NCBI RefSeq assembly: GCF_037042905.1
Contig: NC_087246.1
Span: 7,132,001-7,196,000 of the forward strand
Length of the DNA: 64,000 nucleotides
Source: Lytechinus pictus
Taxonomy: Eukaryota
Direction: 5' to 3'
Below are positions 53,438 to 64,000 of this stretch, piece by piece. A program made the position numbers and the translations under genes. Each line of letters opens with the position of its first letter. Position 1 is the first letter of the stretch. The notes under the pieces are model-generated. The model was not told the DNA's origin and did not search any database. It was given only the letters and a program-made list of their open reading frames with translations.

Positions 53438-54239
53438 TTTTTGTCTCGCCCACCAGAGGTGAAGGCGAGATTAAGGAACCAAATGTTGTCCGGCTGTCAC
53501 AAACATTATGACACATTACTCCGCAACAGTAAGTCACTTTTCAACCAAACTTGAATGGTAGATGTACTTAGGGGACCTGCATGTTATGCTGCAGGCAGAG
53601 GTCACTTTTAAAGGTCAAAGGTCATTTTCAGGTCAACGTTAGAGTTTACAGGCTACACTCTCTTATGGCACATAACTCTGCAAGCATGAGTCACTTTTCA
53701 ACCAAACTTATATGGTAGATGTACTTAGGAGACCTGCATGTCATGGTCCAGTCAGAGGTCACATGGTAAGGTCAAAGGTCATTTTCAGGTCAATGTTAAA
53801 GTTAAAGTGCAAGACTCTCTTATGACACATAACTCCGCAACCGTAATTCATTTTTCACCCAAACTTGGGTTGTAGATGTACTTAGGAGACCTGCATATCA
53901 ATGCACAGTCAGAGGTCACATGGCAAGGTCAAAGGTAATTTTTAGGTCATTGTTATGACATAGCTCCGCAACGGTAAGTCACTTTTGAACCAAACTTGGG
54001 TTGTAGCTGTACTCAAGAGATCTGCATGCTGTTGTGTTCAGAGGTCACATGGTAAGGTCAAAGGTCATTTTAAGGTCAACATCAAAGTTTATGTGCAAGA
54101 CTCTTATGACAAATGTTATTCCATCCCAGTTATTTTACGATGAACAATTGATACAATTCTGTTGCGTGCCCTCGCAAATCATTATATTTCTGGTTACTTT
54201 CACAAGTGGGCGAGACACAACATCGCTTATGCCTTGTTT
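53438..54239 (+). mobile_element. HINE-like element, second family
   Basis: tttttgtctcgcccac...gtgggcgagac..ccttgttt; internal tandem units containing aggtcaaaggtca. Confidence 0.78.
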
Positions 54240-54380
54240 AATAAGAAGAAGACAGAAAAGAAGGAGATGGGGGAGGAGGGGAGGATGGGGGAAAAGAGGG
54301 GAGGGGAGAGGAGGAGTAGGAGGAGGAGATGCTCAGTTCATAAAGAGGATTTGAAACATGTTGTATTTTCTTTTCTTCAG

Positions 54381-54455
54381 CAATTCTCAAAATCAGCAGT
54401 AGAAAATGTGAGACAAAGATTGACCAACCAAGAAGCCAAACCGGACCTCTTTAGC
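54381..54455 (+). CDS. GRK2: GRK2/3 coding exon 5 (the gene is incomplete; no exon 6 recognised in the window)
   Basis: Polypyrimidine tract plus CAG; QFSKSAVENVRQRLTNQEAKPDLFS; 75 nt; GTAAGT donor. Confidence 0.95.
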
Positions 54456-57400
54456 GTAAGTAATACAAGTAATTTTATTTTTTACTATTTGGACCCCTGC
54501 AAATAAATAAGGCAAACTTCTTTAAATTACAATTTTGAAGTGAATCATGTAATTGGATCTTTCCATGAAGTTGTGGCAAAAATTGTGATATTTCAGCATA
54601 CTGGTAACTCAATACTATTTATATTATACATTTATTGTTTTCAGACTTTATATTTGTATTACTATTAATACCATACATTTTACTGGAAATTTTGTGCTAT
54701 TTAGACTAATTTTTTATGAGGTTTTTGAGCAAAACAGTATACTTTTGTTGCATGTGCATGGTGTCCAATAAGCATTGGGATATCTACATTTACTCCTAAA
54801 ATTCAAATTATGGCAATTAGGTTGATTCAAACTTATGCAATATGCACATTTACTTGTTAAGTCAGGTAGCTAAATACCTCTGATTGCTGATGCATAGTTC
54901 TGTTTAAAAAAAAAGCAAAAAAAATAAGAGAGAAGCTTTTCACTATGCTAATCGGTGTCCAAATGTGACAGTTGGTGGACACCAAGTAGCATAAATGGCC
55001 AGTTTTAAATATAGGATGAGGTAGAAGTCGTATCCACAGACAGTTCATAGAAAGAGCAGTACCGGTATATCCATGGAAAGAGAGAGAGAGAGAGAGAGAG
55101 AGATGGATATAAGAGCACCCTAAATTCCCTTCGACTTGACACTTTATAACGTGGCTCTTTCTCTGCATGCACATGCACACGCAAAACCACCCCCAGTCGG
55201 TATCGGTAAGGCACACACACTTACACACACATACACTGAAATCTCGCCTAGTATTGCTCCAGAAGATACAACGTCCGCCAAAGTTATTACGCGCATTTGC
55301 ATAATGCATGCGCAGCTGAATTCCCACTTAATACTCGGTGGCCTGGCTTCACTAAGGTGCCTACTCCACACTCGCCAATATTGCTGTGACAAACTACATT
55401 TACAAGTATAATGTTACATGTTACCATGGATTCAAATATCCCTTTTTTATCAAGTTTTTGTTTCACCTTTTACATGTAGTCAATTTTAATATTCATGATG
55501 TGTGAAGTGTCTTTAATACTCAAAAGCTTCACTCCTCTACTCATTTTTGGCAATTTATTGCCAATTGTTTCTTTCTTCATTTATATACATGCAGGTAGTG
55601 TGGATGTATGTTTAAAAAATTGTCATATGCATGCACCTATAGAGACATGAACATTAATACATCTACGTGTAGTTAGGTGCAAATGTACAGATGGAGAGAA
55701 GGAGAAAATAAAGACAGAAAAAAGATTGAAACTTTCCTGTGTTTTTTTTTCAACAAGAAATTTGTAAGGAATAAAACACATTTTGAATGATATTGATAAA
55801 GAAAAAATTGATTTGAATTTACACCATATATTTGTGCACACTCATATTATTAATCCAATGTCACTCTGTCGTTTGGTCTACAGTATGTTCCATGCAAATT
55901 TAGAATAATGAAACCACAAAAGTGGGCCAATATTGATTTTGTTTATTTGTTTAATTAATTGCAGTGTTATTTATACTAGATGGTATTGGGTTGATCTACT
56001 TTTCCACAAAGTTCTCTTCTTTTTACAATAATATGTGAAGGAAACAAACCCAACGTATCATAGATTATCAAGGACAGACAATTGATACATTCCATGTGCA
56101 ATAAAAACTTGTCAGGAATATTATTGAATTGAGGTTGAAAGAAGCATTTTTGTTGTAATTAGATTTTGTAAAAAGAGCAACACAGACAACTCAAATGATA
56201 AAGTGGTCTAGAACTGTAACAGTTTTGGTTTAGCATGTCCTAGAGATCAGTGTGAAATGACTCCTTATTTTGGCTTTATCGTTTTTTTTTTAAATTTAAT
56301 TGTAGATCAAATTGGGAATTGCAATTTGATAATTTTGGGGAAATCCTTATCCGTTATTTATGATCAAGATTTAAAGTCAATTGTAATATGCATGCATGCA
56401 CTCTATGCAGTCATGTTGCATTCTATCAATTGTTACCATTTGTTTCTTTATCATATACAGTGTAAGTTTTGAAAGAACACATTTCTGAAATAAGAATCAT
56501 GATTTTGTGCTAGTTTCCTATTCTGTGACATGGCGTAGATTCACAGGCAATAACATAGGTAGGAAACAGACCCCTCTAGATCCTTAACTATTTCCAAACA
56601 TTCACACGGTTGTTCAGAGACAGATTCAAAGTCATTGAAAGCATATATGGAAATTATCTATCTGTGGGTATCCAGTGCTTAATATACAGCATGGATGTGA
56701 AATGCATGCTATTGGGTCAGATGCATAAAAAGAAGCTATTGCTTGAAGCACAAGCAACTTGGTGTTGAACTATCCTTTTACTTGTTTTTAATTATTAACT
56801 TTATATAATTGGTATTTGGTGTGCACTTACTATGAAGAAAATACTTACTATTTGAGATGGGAGAGGGTTCTCTGTGACTGTTCAGATTACAAAATTTGGG
56901 ATCTGAAAGCTTTGATCTGTTGCATACAACACTTTTCTTTATAAGTTCATTTTTACCTCAGTTTGGGAATATCAGTCATATGCCATTTAACAAAAATAGT
57001 GCTGAATCGTTCAATATATTTTCTATTTTTATTTTATTTTATGATGAATGAAAATACATAAGACGGATAAACAAAATGAGAAACTTATTGGTGCTTTGTC
57101 GTCATTGGCATATTATTATCTACCTGTCTTCTATTTTTGTAACAAAGACGTAAAAGATAATTGTTATATTTAGAAAAAGATTGAGATTTTTTTATTGACA
57201 TCATGTTTTGATTTATTCCTGATGCTATTTTTATTTGATAGTAGGATGTGAAGGATTTACTAAGTGTTTCTATCTTTATCCCAATGTTATTCATTTATTC
57301 ATAATTTTATTTTTCTAACTAAAAGTGGAAGATGGATCTAAAATCTGGAACAGGATTTTTGTATATCCCTTCCTGCCCCGTGTAGAGATCCCTAATTAGC

Positions 57401-58611
57401 TTCTATTACAATGATTTTATTTCAATTATTCAATTAGTCCTTTCTTCCTCTGACATTTTCAGTTTCTGTCATCCGTAACTGCTGATAAGCTCATTTATGC
57501 GTAGTACTGAGATGTAAAATGCTGCCACTTTTTTTTCTCTTGAAATGTTATTATTTGAACAGCTGTGAGTGTGCAGTAATGAACATCATGTTTGGCAAGG
57601 GATGCATAAGCCCACTGCATGCTTAGCAGCTAAAATCTGCTTTACAATGCTTATTTTATATTTGTTGGGAGTGACTGAATTTGGTAATAGGGAAGAATTG
57701 ATATCATAGTTGTTTCTATAAGCTCAAGGGAACTGCAACAAGACTATGCAAGAGAGCTTTGGCAGAGTGTGTTCAGGCCATAGAGGTATACCCATGAGCT
57801 GAAAAAAAAACAATTATGTCTTGGATATTTAAGTATATTTTGTACTGAATATGTCTAACAGCACAGAGTCTAGTAAATCAAAGGTAGATTTGTTGTTGTG
57901 AGTTCTAGGTATAGATTTTAGTTAGAGATGACATTGTAGTTAGATGTTATAACTTATACTTTGAAAATCAGCTTTGCTGAAAGGGCTAGCTATCCTGTAA
58001 AAAGGAAAGAAATATGAATGAATAAATAATCATAGATCTAAGGTAGATATGGAACTTATAAAGTCCATGTGATGATTTGATTATCTTCAATTACTGGTAG
58101 GTCTAGACATTTGTAGATTGACTGCTTCAGCAATCATGCCTATAATTATATTCTTGTCAAACAATTTTAAATGATTTATATATATTTTTTTATATAACTA
58201 GTAATAGTAAAAAAAAAATTGTCTCATCGATACGTCATCTTTCTTCCGCTATTCTGGCTGGCAAGGAAGTATATGCGGACAACCACAAGTTGTCTAAAAC
58301 TATCACTGAACTTGCACCAAATTTCTTAATAAACAAATACGGATCTCAGCAAAATATAAAGGAGAATGAAGCTCCTAATCAAGGGGGTAATTTATTTGCC
58401 ATATCATTACATGCTAAGCAAACTTGGGGTCTAAAGTGTGCTCGCTGTGTAGCACAAGGTCACATTCATGCAGGGCTCCCCCAATTGGGCTAATCTGGCA
58501 AGTAAGCTATCTTGAATTATTCAAATTCAAATTCATTTATTTCACATTCTCTAAAAAACATACAAGATACAATATATCGAGATCAATCAAAATGATTCCA
58601 TAGTAAAGGAG

Positions 58612-60930
58612 TAAGCTTGTAACCGATTTTGCAATCGGCAACCGATTCCATTCGATTTCACCACAATCGGCAATCACTTGCCGATCTTCGATCATGCCCC
58701 TTGAAAGTTGAAGGAAAAAATCGAAAATAAAAAATCGGCGTAGGACCTAGATCTGGTTACAGTGTGTGATCGCTCAGAACATATTTCAAGATTGTTTTTG
58801 AGGTGCTAGCTATTAATTTTAGAGGTCTCATTATTCAGGGAGAAAGACGCGGTATTATCTATGGCGATGTTTAAGAGGATAGATATCTTCTCTTCCAACT
58901 CATGGTGATAGCGGATGCCGCCGTGAACTTTGAAAGGTCGTATTACCGACGGAGCTCACTGCGTTACTCTCTTACATCGTTTATGATGATATACATTTTA
59001 TTTTCAACCTCGTGGTGATAGCGGATGCCGCCGTGAACTTTGAAAGGTCGTATTACCGACGGAGCTCACTGCGGCTGCGCTACTCTCTTAGTCTTACCCC
59101 CTTTATAATGATATAAATCTTCTCTTCAACCTCGTGGTGATAGCGGACCCCGCCATAAACTTTTAAAGACTGTACTATTGACGGAGCTTATTGCGTTACT
59201 CTCTTACATCGTTTATGATGATATACATTTTATTTTCAACCTCGTGGTGATAGCGGACCCCGCCGTGAACTTTTAAAGATCGTGCTACTGACGGAGCTCA
59301 TTGCGTTACTCTCTTACATCGTTTATAATGATGTAAATCTTCTCTTCAATCTCGTGGTGATAGCGGACCCCGCCATAAACTTTTAAAGACCGTACTATTG
59401 ACGGAGCTTATTGCGTTGCTCTCTTACATCGTTTATGATGATATTCATTTTATTTTCAACCTCGTGGTGATAGCGGAAGCCGCCGTGAACTTTGAAAGGT
59501 CGTATTACCGACGGAGCTCACTGCGCTACTCTCTTAACCCCGTTTATAATGATATAAATCTTCTCTTCAACCTCGTGGTGATAGCGGACCCCGCCATAAA
59601 CTTTTAAAGACTGTACTATTGACGGAGCTTATTGCGTTACTCTCTTACATCGTTTATGATGATATACATTTTATTTTCAACCTCGTGGTGATAGCGGATG
59701 CCGCCGTGAACTTTGAAAGGTCGTATTACCGACGGAGCTCACTGCGTTACTCTCTTACATTGTTTATGATGATATACATTTTATTTTCAACCTCGTGGTG
59801 ATAGCGGATGCCGCCGTGAACTTTGAAAGGTCGTATTACCGACGGAGCTCACTGCGCTACTCTCTTACCCCCTTTGTAATGATATAAATCTTCTCTTCAA
59901 CCTCGTGGAGATAGCGGACACCGCCATAAACTTTTAAAGACTGTACTATTGACGGAGCTTATTGAGTTACTCTCTTACATCGTTTATGATGATATACATT
60001 TTATTTTCAACCTCGTGGTGATAGCGGATGCCGCCGTGAACTTTGAAAGGTTGTATTACCGACGGAGCTCACTGCGCTACTCTCTTAGTCTTACCCCCTT
60101 TATAATGATATAAATCTTCTCTTCAACCTCGTGTTGATAGCGGACCCCGCCATAAACTTTTAAAGACTGTACTATTGACGGAGCTTATTGCGTTACTCTC
60201 TTACATCGTTTATGATGATATTCATTTTATTTTCAACCTCGTGGTGATAGCGGATGCCGCCGTGAACTTTGAAAGGTCGTATTACCGACGGAGCTCACTG
60301 CGCTACTCTCTTACCCCCTTTATGATGATAGACATCTTCTCTTCAACCTCGTGGTGATAGCGGACCCCGCCGTGAACTTCAAATTGATTTGAAAACGCTA
60401 GCTACCCAAAACATTTTGATAACATATTTCAAATCATCGTGCGTGCTTGCGTCTTCTACTTCATTTTAATTGCACTCGCGACTTTAAGATGATGCGTCGT
60501 AAGAGATCATTCCAATAATTCTAAATCGCTAGCACCTAAAAATACTTCTAAACGATGTCCCGCCGATCGTTCATTAACCTGTGATCTATGAGAAATATTT
60601 TCATTTTATTTTCCTTTGCGCCTTTGCTCGGAAGATGCGTCTTTCGTTTATCTTTCTAATAAAAATCACTCGGTTTATTTTAAAGCAATAACACCTCAAA
60701 ACCCCTGGCTTTAAAACATGTTCCAAATGATCGCGCATGTTGGCGACTTCCATTCCAATGCATTCGTCTTTGTGACTTTGTCAGGAAGATGCGCGCGACC
60801 GCGAACAACATTTTGATGTATTCCTTTGTTTTTAAACATCGCCGATTCGATTTTCGATTCGATTTCGATTTTAGAAGCTTAACTGCCGATCCGATTTTCG
60901 ATCTGATTTTTGATCTGATTTACAACATTA
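58612..60930. mobile_element. hAT-like non-autonomous element (8-bp TSD) carrying an internal satellite
   Basis: taagcttgtaaa / tttacaacatta imperfect TIR; TSD taaaggag at 58604-11 and 60931-38; subterminal (CCGAT/ATCGG)-rich motifs at both ends. Confidence 0.82.
58851..60380. repeat. 110-bp tandem array, ~14 units, two main variants
   Basis: Anchor ctcgtggtgatagcgga (or a close variant) at 58899, 59009, 59131, 59241, 59351, 59461, 59572, 59682, 59792, 59902, 60012, 60128, 60238 and 60348. Confidence 0.95.
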
Positions 60931-61380
60931 TAAAGGAGTAATGAATTTTGCAAAATGACAAATTAACAAAAATAACAAAATACATAGGGTAATGAATGCG
61001 ATGTGGGGGAATAGCAAAAGCCAAATAGACCTATCTAGTCTACTCCCTGATTAACATTCATTACCAAAAAAAGACCATCTTGCAATCAATTTATTAGATT
61101 GCAAGAAACACACATTTAAAAAATAAACGAAATGAACAAACTAATGAAGAATTTGAATATAAACAACTATATTTACAAAAAAATTTTTTTTTTAAATATA
61201 CACATAAATATGAAATCAATCACAATATGAAAACGATAGTGGGGGTAGTCCCCAGTTTTTTTGTCTCTAAAATGCAAAATCTATTTTTCTGTGTCTAAAA
61301 AACATTAAACTCTGTATTCTTTGTTGCCATCTACAAAACATATGATAACGGAATCTAGTGAAAGTTTTAGAGAAAACATT

Positions 61381-61590
61381 GGTTTCATGGCATTTGCTCC
61401 GGCGACCATTGCTCCAATGAAAAATCTGCCCGTTAAGCCAAACATAAAATCTAACCTACAAATCTAAATAAACCCTAATTCTTATCTTTACATGGAACCA
61501 AAACCTATAACAATCCTAACTCTATCTCTTAACCTTATGCCCTTTGATATAGACCCGAGCTAGTGTGGCAGGAGCAATTGTCATCTCACC
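61381..61590. mobile_element. Small MITE with an aaccct-rich core
   Basis: ggtttcatggcatttgctcc / ggagcaattgtcatctcacc. Confidence 0.7.
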
Positions 61591-62078
61591 AAAGCATTAG
61601 CCTCCATTATACGCACTGCAGTATTCAAATAAATATTGGTGAATACATGCTAATCTCTGCAAACAGATTTGGTCAGCAGACCTTCCACTTATGCACAGTT
61701 TGGTTTTAGACTTTACTTTAATTATCATTATTTTCAAGTTTTTTTTTTATAATTCAAATTTTGTGATTTTTTTTCCCCCTGTTAATTGCTTGTTCTTTCC
61801 GAACAAACTAGTGAATAAAATCAAGTGGGACAACCAGTTTCCAGGGTATTCATCAGTCTGCCTGACAACCATTTTCCTGCTCATTCATCAAGACTAATAT
61901 AATGGTTTCAAATGCAAGTTAATGATCAAATTGTGAGAAGTTCATGTACTCAGTTCAGTTAAACATTATCCTGTATTTTGTGTTAATAAGGCATTAGATT
62001 TATCGTCTAAAAGATGGATACTCAAATGGTCTGTGTATGTTTACTCTTGGTTTATTGGTAATCTTCTATGAATCTATA

Positions 62079-62310
62079 GGTGGTTTCAAACCGCCTGATC
62101 ACAAGAATTCCTGTAAAATTAAACAAAATACCTGTGAACTTATTTCGTATTATTGACAAGTACCTACCATTTAGCGGGTGTTTTCATTCGGGGTTGTTAT
62201 GCGTAATTTGCTTCACACTGCCAGAATTACCTGGTATTTTCTGATCAGGGCAATTTTCTCGATCAGAAAATACCTGGAACTGACAAACTTAGAGGCGGCC
62301 TGAAACCACC
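62079..62310. mobile_element. PIF/Harbinger-like MITE (GGTGGTTTCAAAC family, deleted copy)
   Basis: ggtggtttcaaaccgcct / aggcggcctgaaaccacc, with ata/tta flanks. Confidence 0.78.
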
Positions 62311-62998
62311 TTATTTTTCTGGTATTTAAAAGCAGATTTTAGTTTTGTGAAGATTCAGTATTGAATTCTTCAAATAAAGATACAAATATGCAGGCCTCTA
62401 CAAATTTTTTTCTTCGTCACATAGAAAAAACTGCTTGCCCTATATTTGTTTTATAATTGTTTTTTATTATGACGGCACTACTCTTATTTTTAAAGTTCAT
62501 ACAAAATAGCAATTGAGAATCATGTACAGTATAAAAGAACACAAATTTAAAAGTTTATTTTCAGCAACGTAGGCACGAATCATTACGTTTATTTTGAATT
62601 TTTTTCCCGCTATTTATAAATGGGGCTTAATTTAAGGTTTAAAAAAAAACCTTCACCAAAAGTTGCTAAAATTTCATATTTTGCATCTTTAAATCCACGA
62701 AATGGTTATCTGTTTGTCATATTTCCTTAGAATTGTTTTGATTTAGTTGGAAACTATAAAGAAAGCCAGTGTAAAATATTCAGCTCTTTATTGACTCTGA
62801 AAAAGATTGTTTTATGATGTTAAAAAAAAAAAAATCAAAAGTGGAGTGGCTAAAATTTCACATTTTGCGTCTTTAAATCCATTTAGTCATTTTTCCGTAT
62901 TTCCTTGATTTTTTTATATAATTAGTTGGAAACTATCAAGAAAATGAAGAACATGAATCACCTCTCTCTTGTCTTTTCTTCATCATTTTATGATGGTA

Positions 62999-63163
62999 CA
63001 CTCTGTCAATATTTTTTTTTGTAGTCCCGCATGTAGACTTTCATGGTTTTTTTTTCATGGTGTTGCAGCATTGATCGTTGATCGTACCGTTTGATCGTTT
63101 TACACTTGGTCAACATGACAGTCTACATGTGGGACCACAATAATAAAAAAAATTTACAGAGTG
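62999..63163. mobile_element. Palindromic MITE with CACT...AGTG ends and TA flanks (EnSpm/CACTA-like)
   Basis: ta|cactctgt...gtcccgcatgtagac / gtctacatgtgggac...acagagtg|ta. Confidence 0.72.
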
Positions 63164-63222
63164 TAACATCATCATAAATCAGAGTAAAGAAAGAGAGTAA
63201 AAAAAGAGCTGAATATTCTTCA

Positions 63223-64000
63223 TTTTTGTCTCGCCTGCATAGCAGAGCGAGACTATAGGCGCCGCTTTTCCGACGGCGACGGCGGCGGCGTCAACATCAA
63301 ATCTTAACCTAAGGTTAAGTTTTTGAAATGACATCATAACTTAGAAAGTATATGGACCTAGTTCATGAAACTTGGGCATAAGGTTTATCAAGTATTAGTG
63401 AACATCCTGCTCGAGTTTCAGGTCACGTGACCAAGGTCAAAGGTCACTTAGGGTCAATGAACTTTGGTCAAGTTGGGGATATTTGTTGAATTACCATCAT
63501 AACTTTGAAAATGTATGGATCTAGTTCATGAAACTTGGACATTAGGTTAATCAAGTACCACTGAATATCCTGTGTGAGTTTCAGGTCACATGACCATGGT
63601 CAATGGTCATTTAAGGTCAAAGAACTTTGGCCGTGTTGGGGTATTTGTTAAATTACCATCCTAACTCTGAAAGTTTATGGATCTAGTTCATAAAACTTGG
63701 ACATAAGAGTAATCAAGCATCACTGAACATCCCCTGTGAGTTTCAGGTCACAAAACCAAGTCAAAGGTCAGTTAAGGTCAATAAACTTAATCCATGTTGG
63801 GGTAATTGTTGAATTGCCATCATAACTTTGAAAGTTTATGGATAGAGTGAATGAAATGTGGACATGGGTGTAGTTGACAGTCTTAAGTCTCCGTTCAAAT
63901 GTCATTTATGGTCAATGAACGTGGTATTATATCATTATATGAATGGTGTTTTTGTGAATGATTATTTTATAGTAGTTTTCAAAGTTAGCACTGCTGCTAT
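63223..64000 (+). mobile_element. HINE-like element, copy 3 (more diverged; runs off the window end)
   Basis: Same 5' end, (CGG/CGA)n tract and internal units as 16535-17497. Confidence 0.85.

Larger units (their letters stand above)
58519..61230 (-). mobile_element. Possible LINE 3'-end remnant, interrupted by the hAT-like element
   Basis: The minus strand ends in AATAAA plus a (TTTGAA)n-like tail at ~58519-58545, and similar-composition sequence resumes after 60938. No ORF evidence. Confidence 0.35.

Noticed and set aside
58851..60380. CRISPR-like or coding-repeat interpretation of the 110-bp array
   Set aside because: No unique spacers (the whole unit repeats), no cas genes, eukaryotic context. 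The period is not a multiple of 3 and the frames are interrupted.
88..61897. The many 60-156 aa ORFs in the supplied track
   Set aside because: They are low-complexity, repeat-derived or start at non-ATG codons, and none resembles a protein. The one exception, 54162-54506, merely reads through GRK2 exon 5.
54456..64000. GRK2 exon 6 (expected ~62 nt, PYIEEIC-like)
   Set aside because: No convincing match found by eye. It probably lies beyond the window, though I may have missed it.

Overview
AT-rich, repeat-dense animal genomic DNA; the repeat style suggests a sea-urchin-like invertebrate deuterostome, which is an inference. It is not prokaryotic, and the supplied ORF track is almost entirely noise. 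The only supportable protein gene is the 5' part of a G protein-coupled receptor kinase 2/3 (beta-ARK) gene on the + strand: five coding exons (5888-6000, 12277-12353, 18280-18353, 53125-53226, 54381-54455) encode residues 1-147, covering the N-terminal helix and most of the RH domain. The gene has a CpG-rich promoter region and a 34.8-kb third intron. The introns are packed with non-autonomous DNA transposons whose TIRs and TSDs can be read directly: Kolobok-, hAT-, PIF/Harbinger-, Tc1/mariner-, Academ-, Sola- and Helentron(HINE)-like, many nested. The most notable structures are (1) a 3.85-kb Academ-like foldback with ~1.8-kb arms showing a step in arm identity, (2) a hAT-like element carrying a 110-bp satellite that is forming an A/B higher-order repeat, (3) HINE-like elements whose internal repeat units each carry a perfect nuclear-receptor DR1 plus NR5A-type motif, two of them flanking GRK2 exon 3, and (4) a head-to-head MITE dimer with a triplicated target site. 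I found no evidence for a novel protein-coding system, RNA genes or a CRISPR array. Superfamily labels rest on termini and TSDs only, with no database search.
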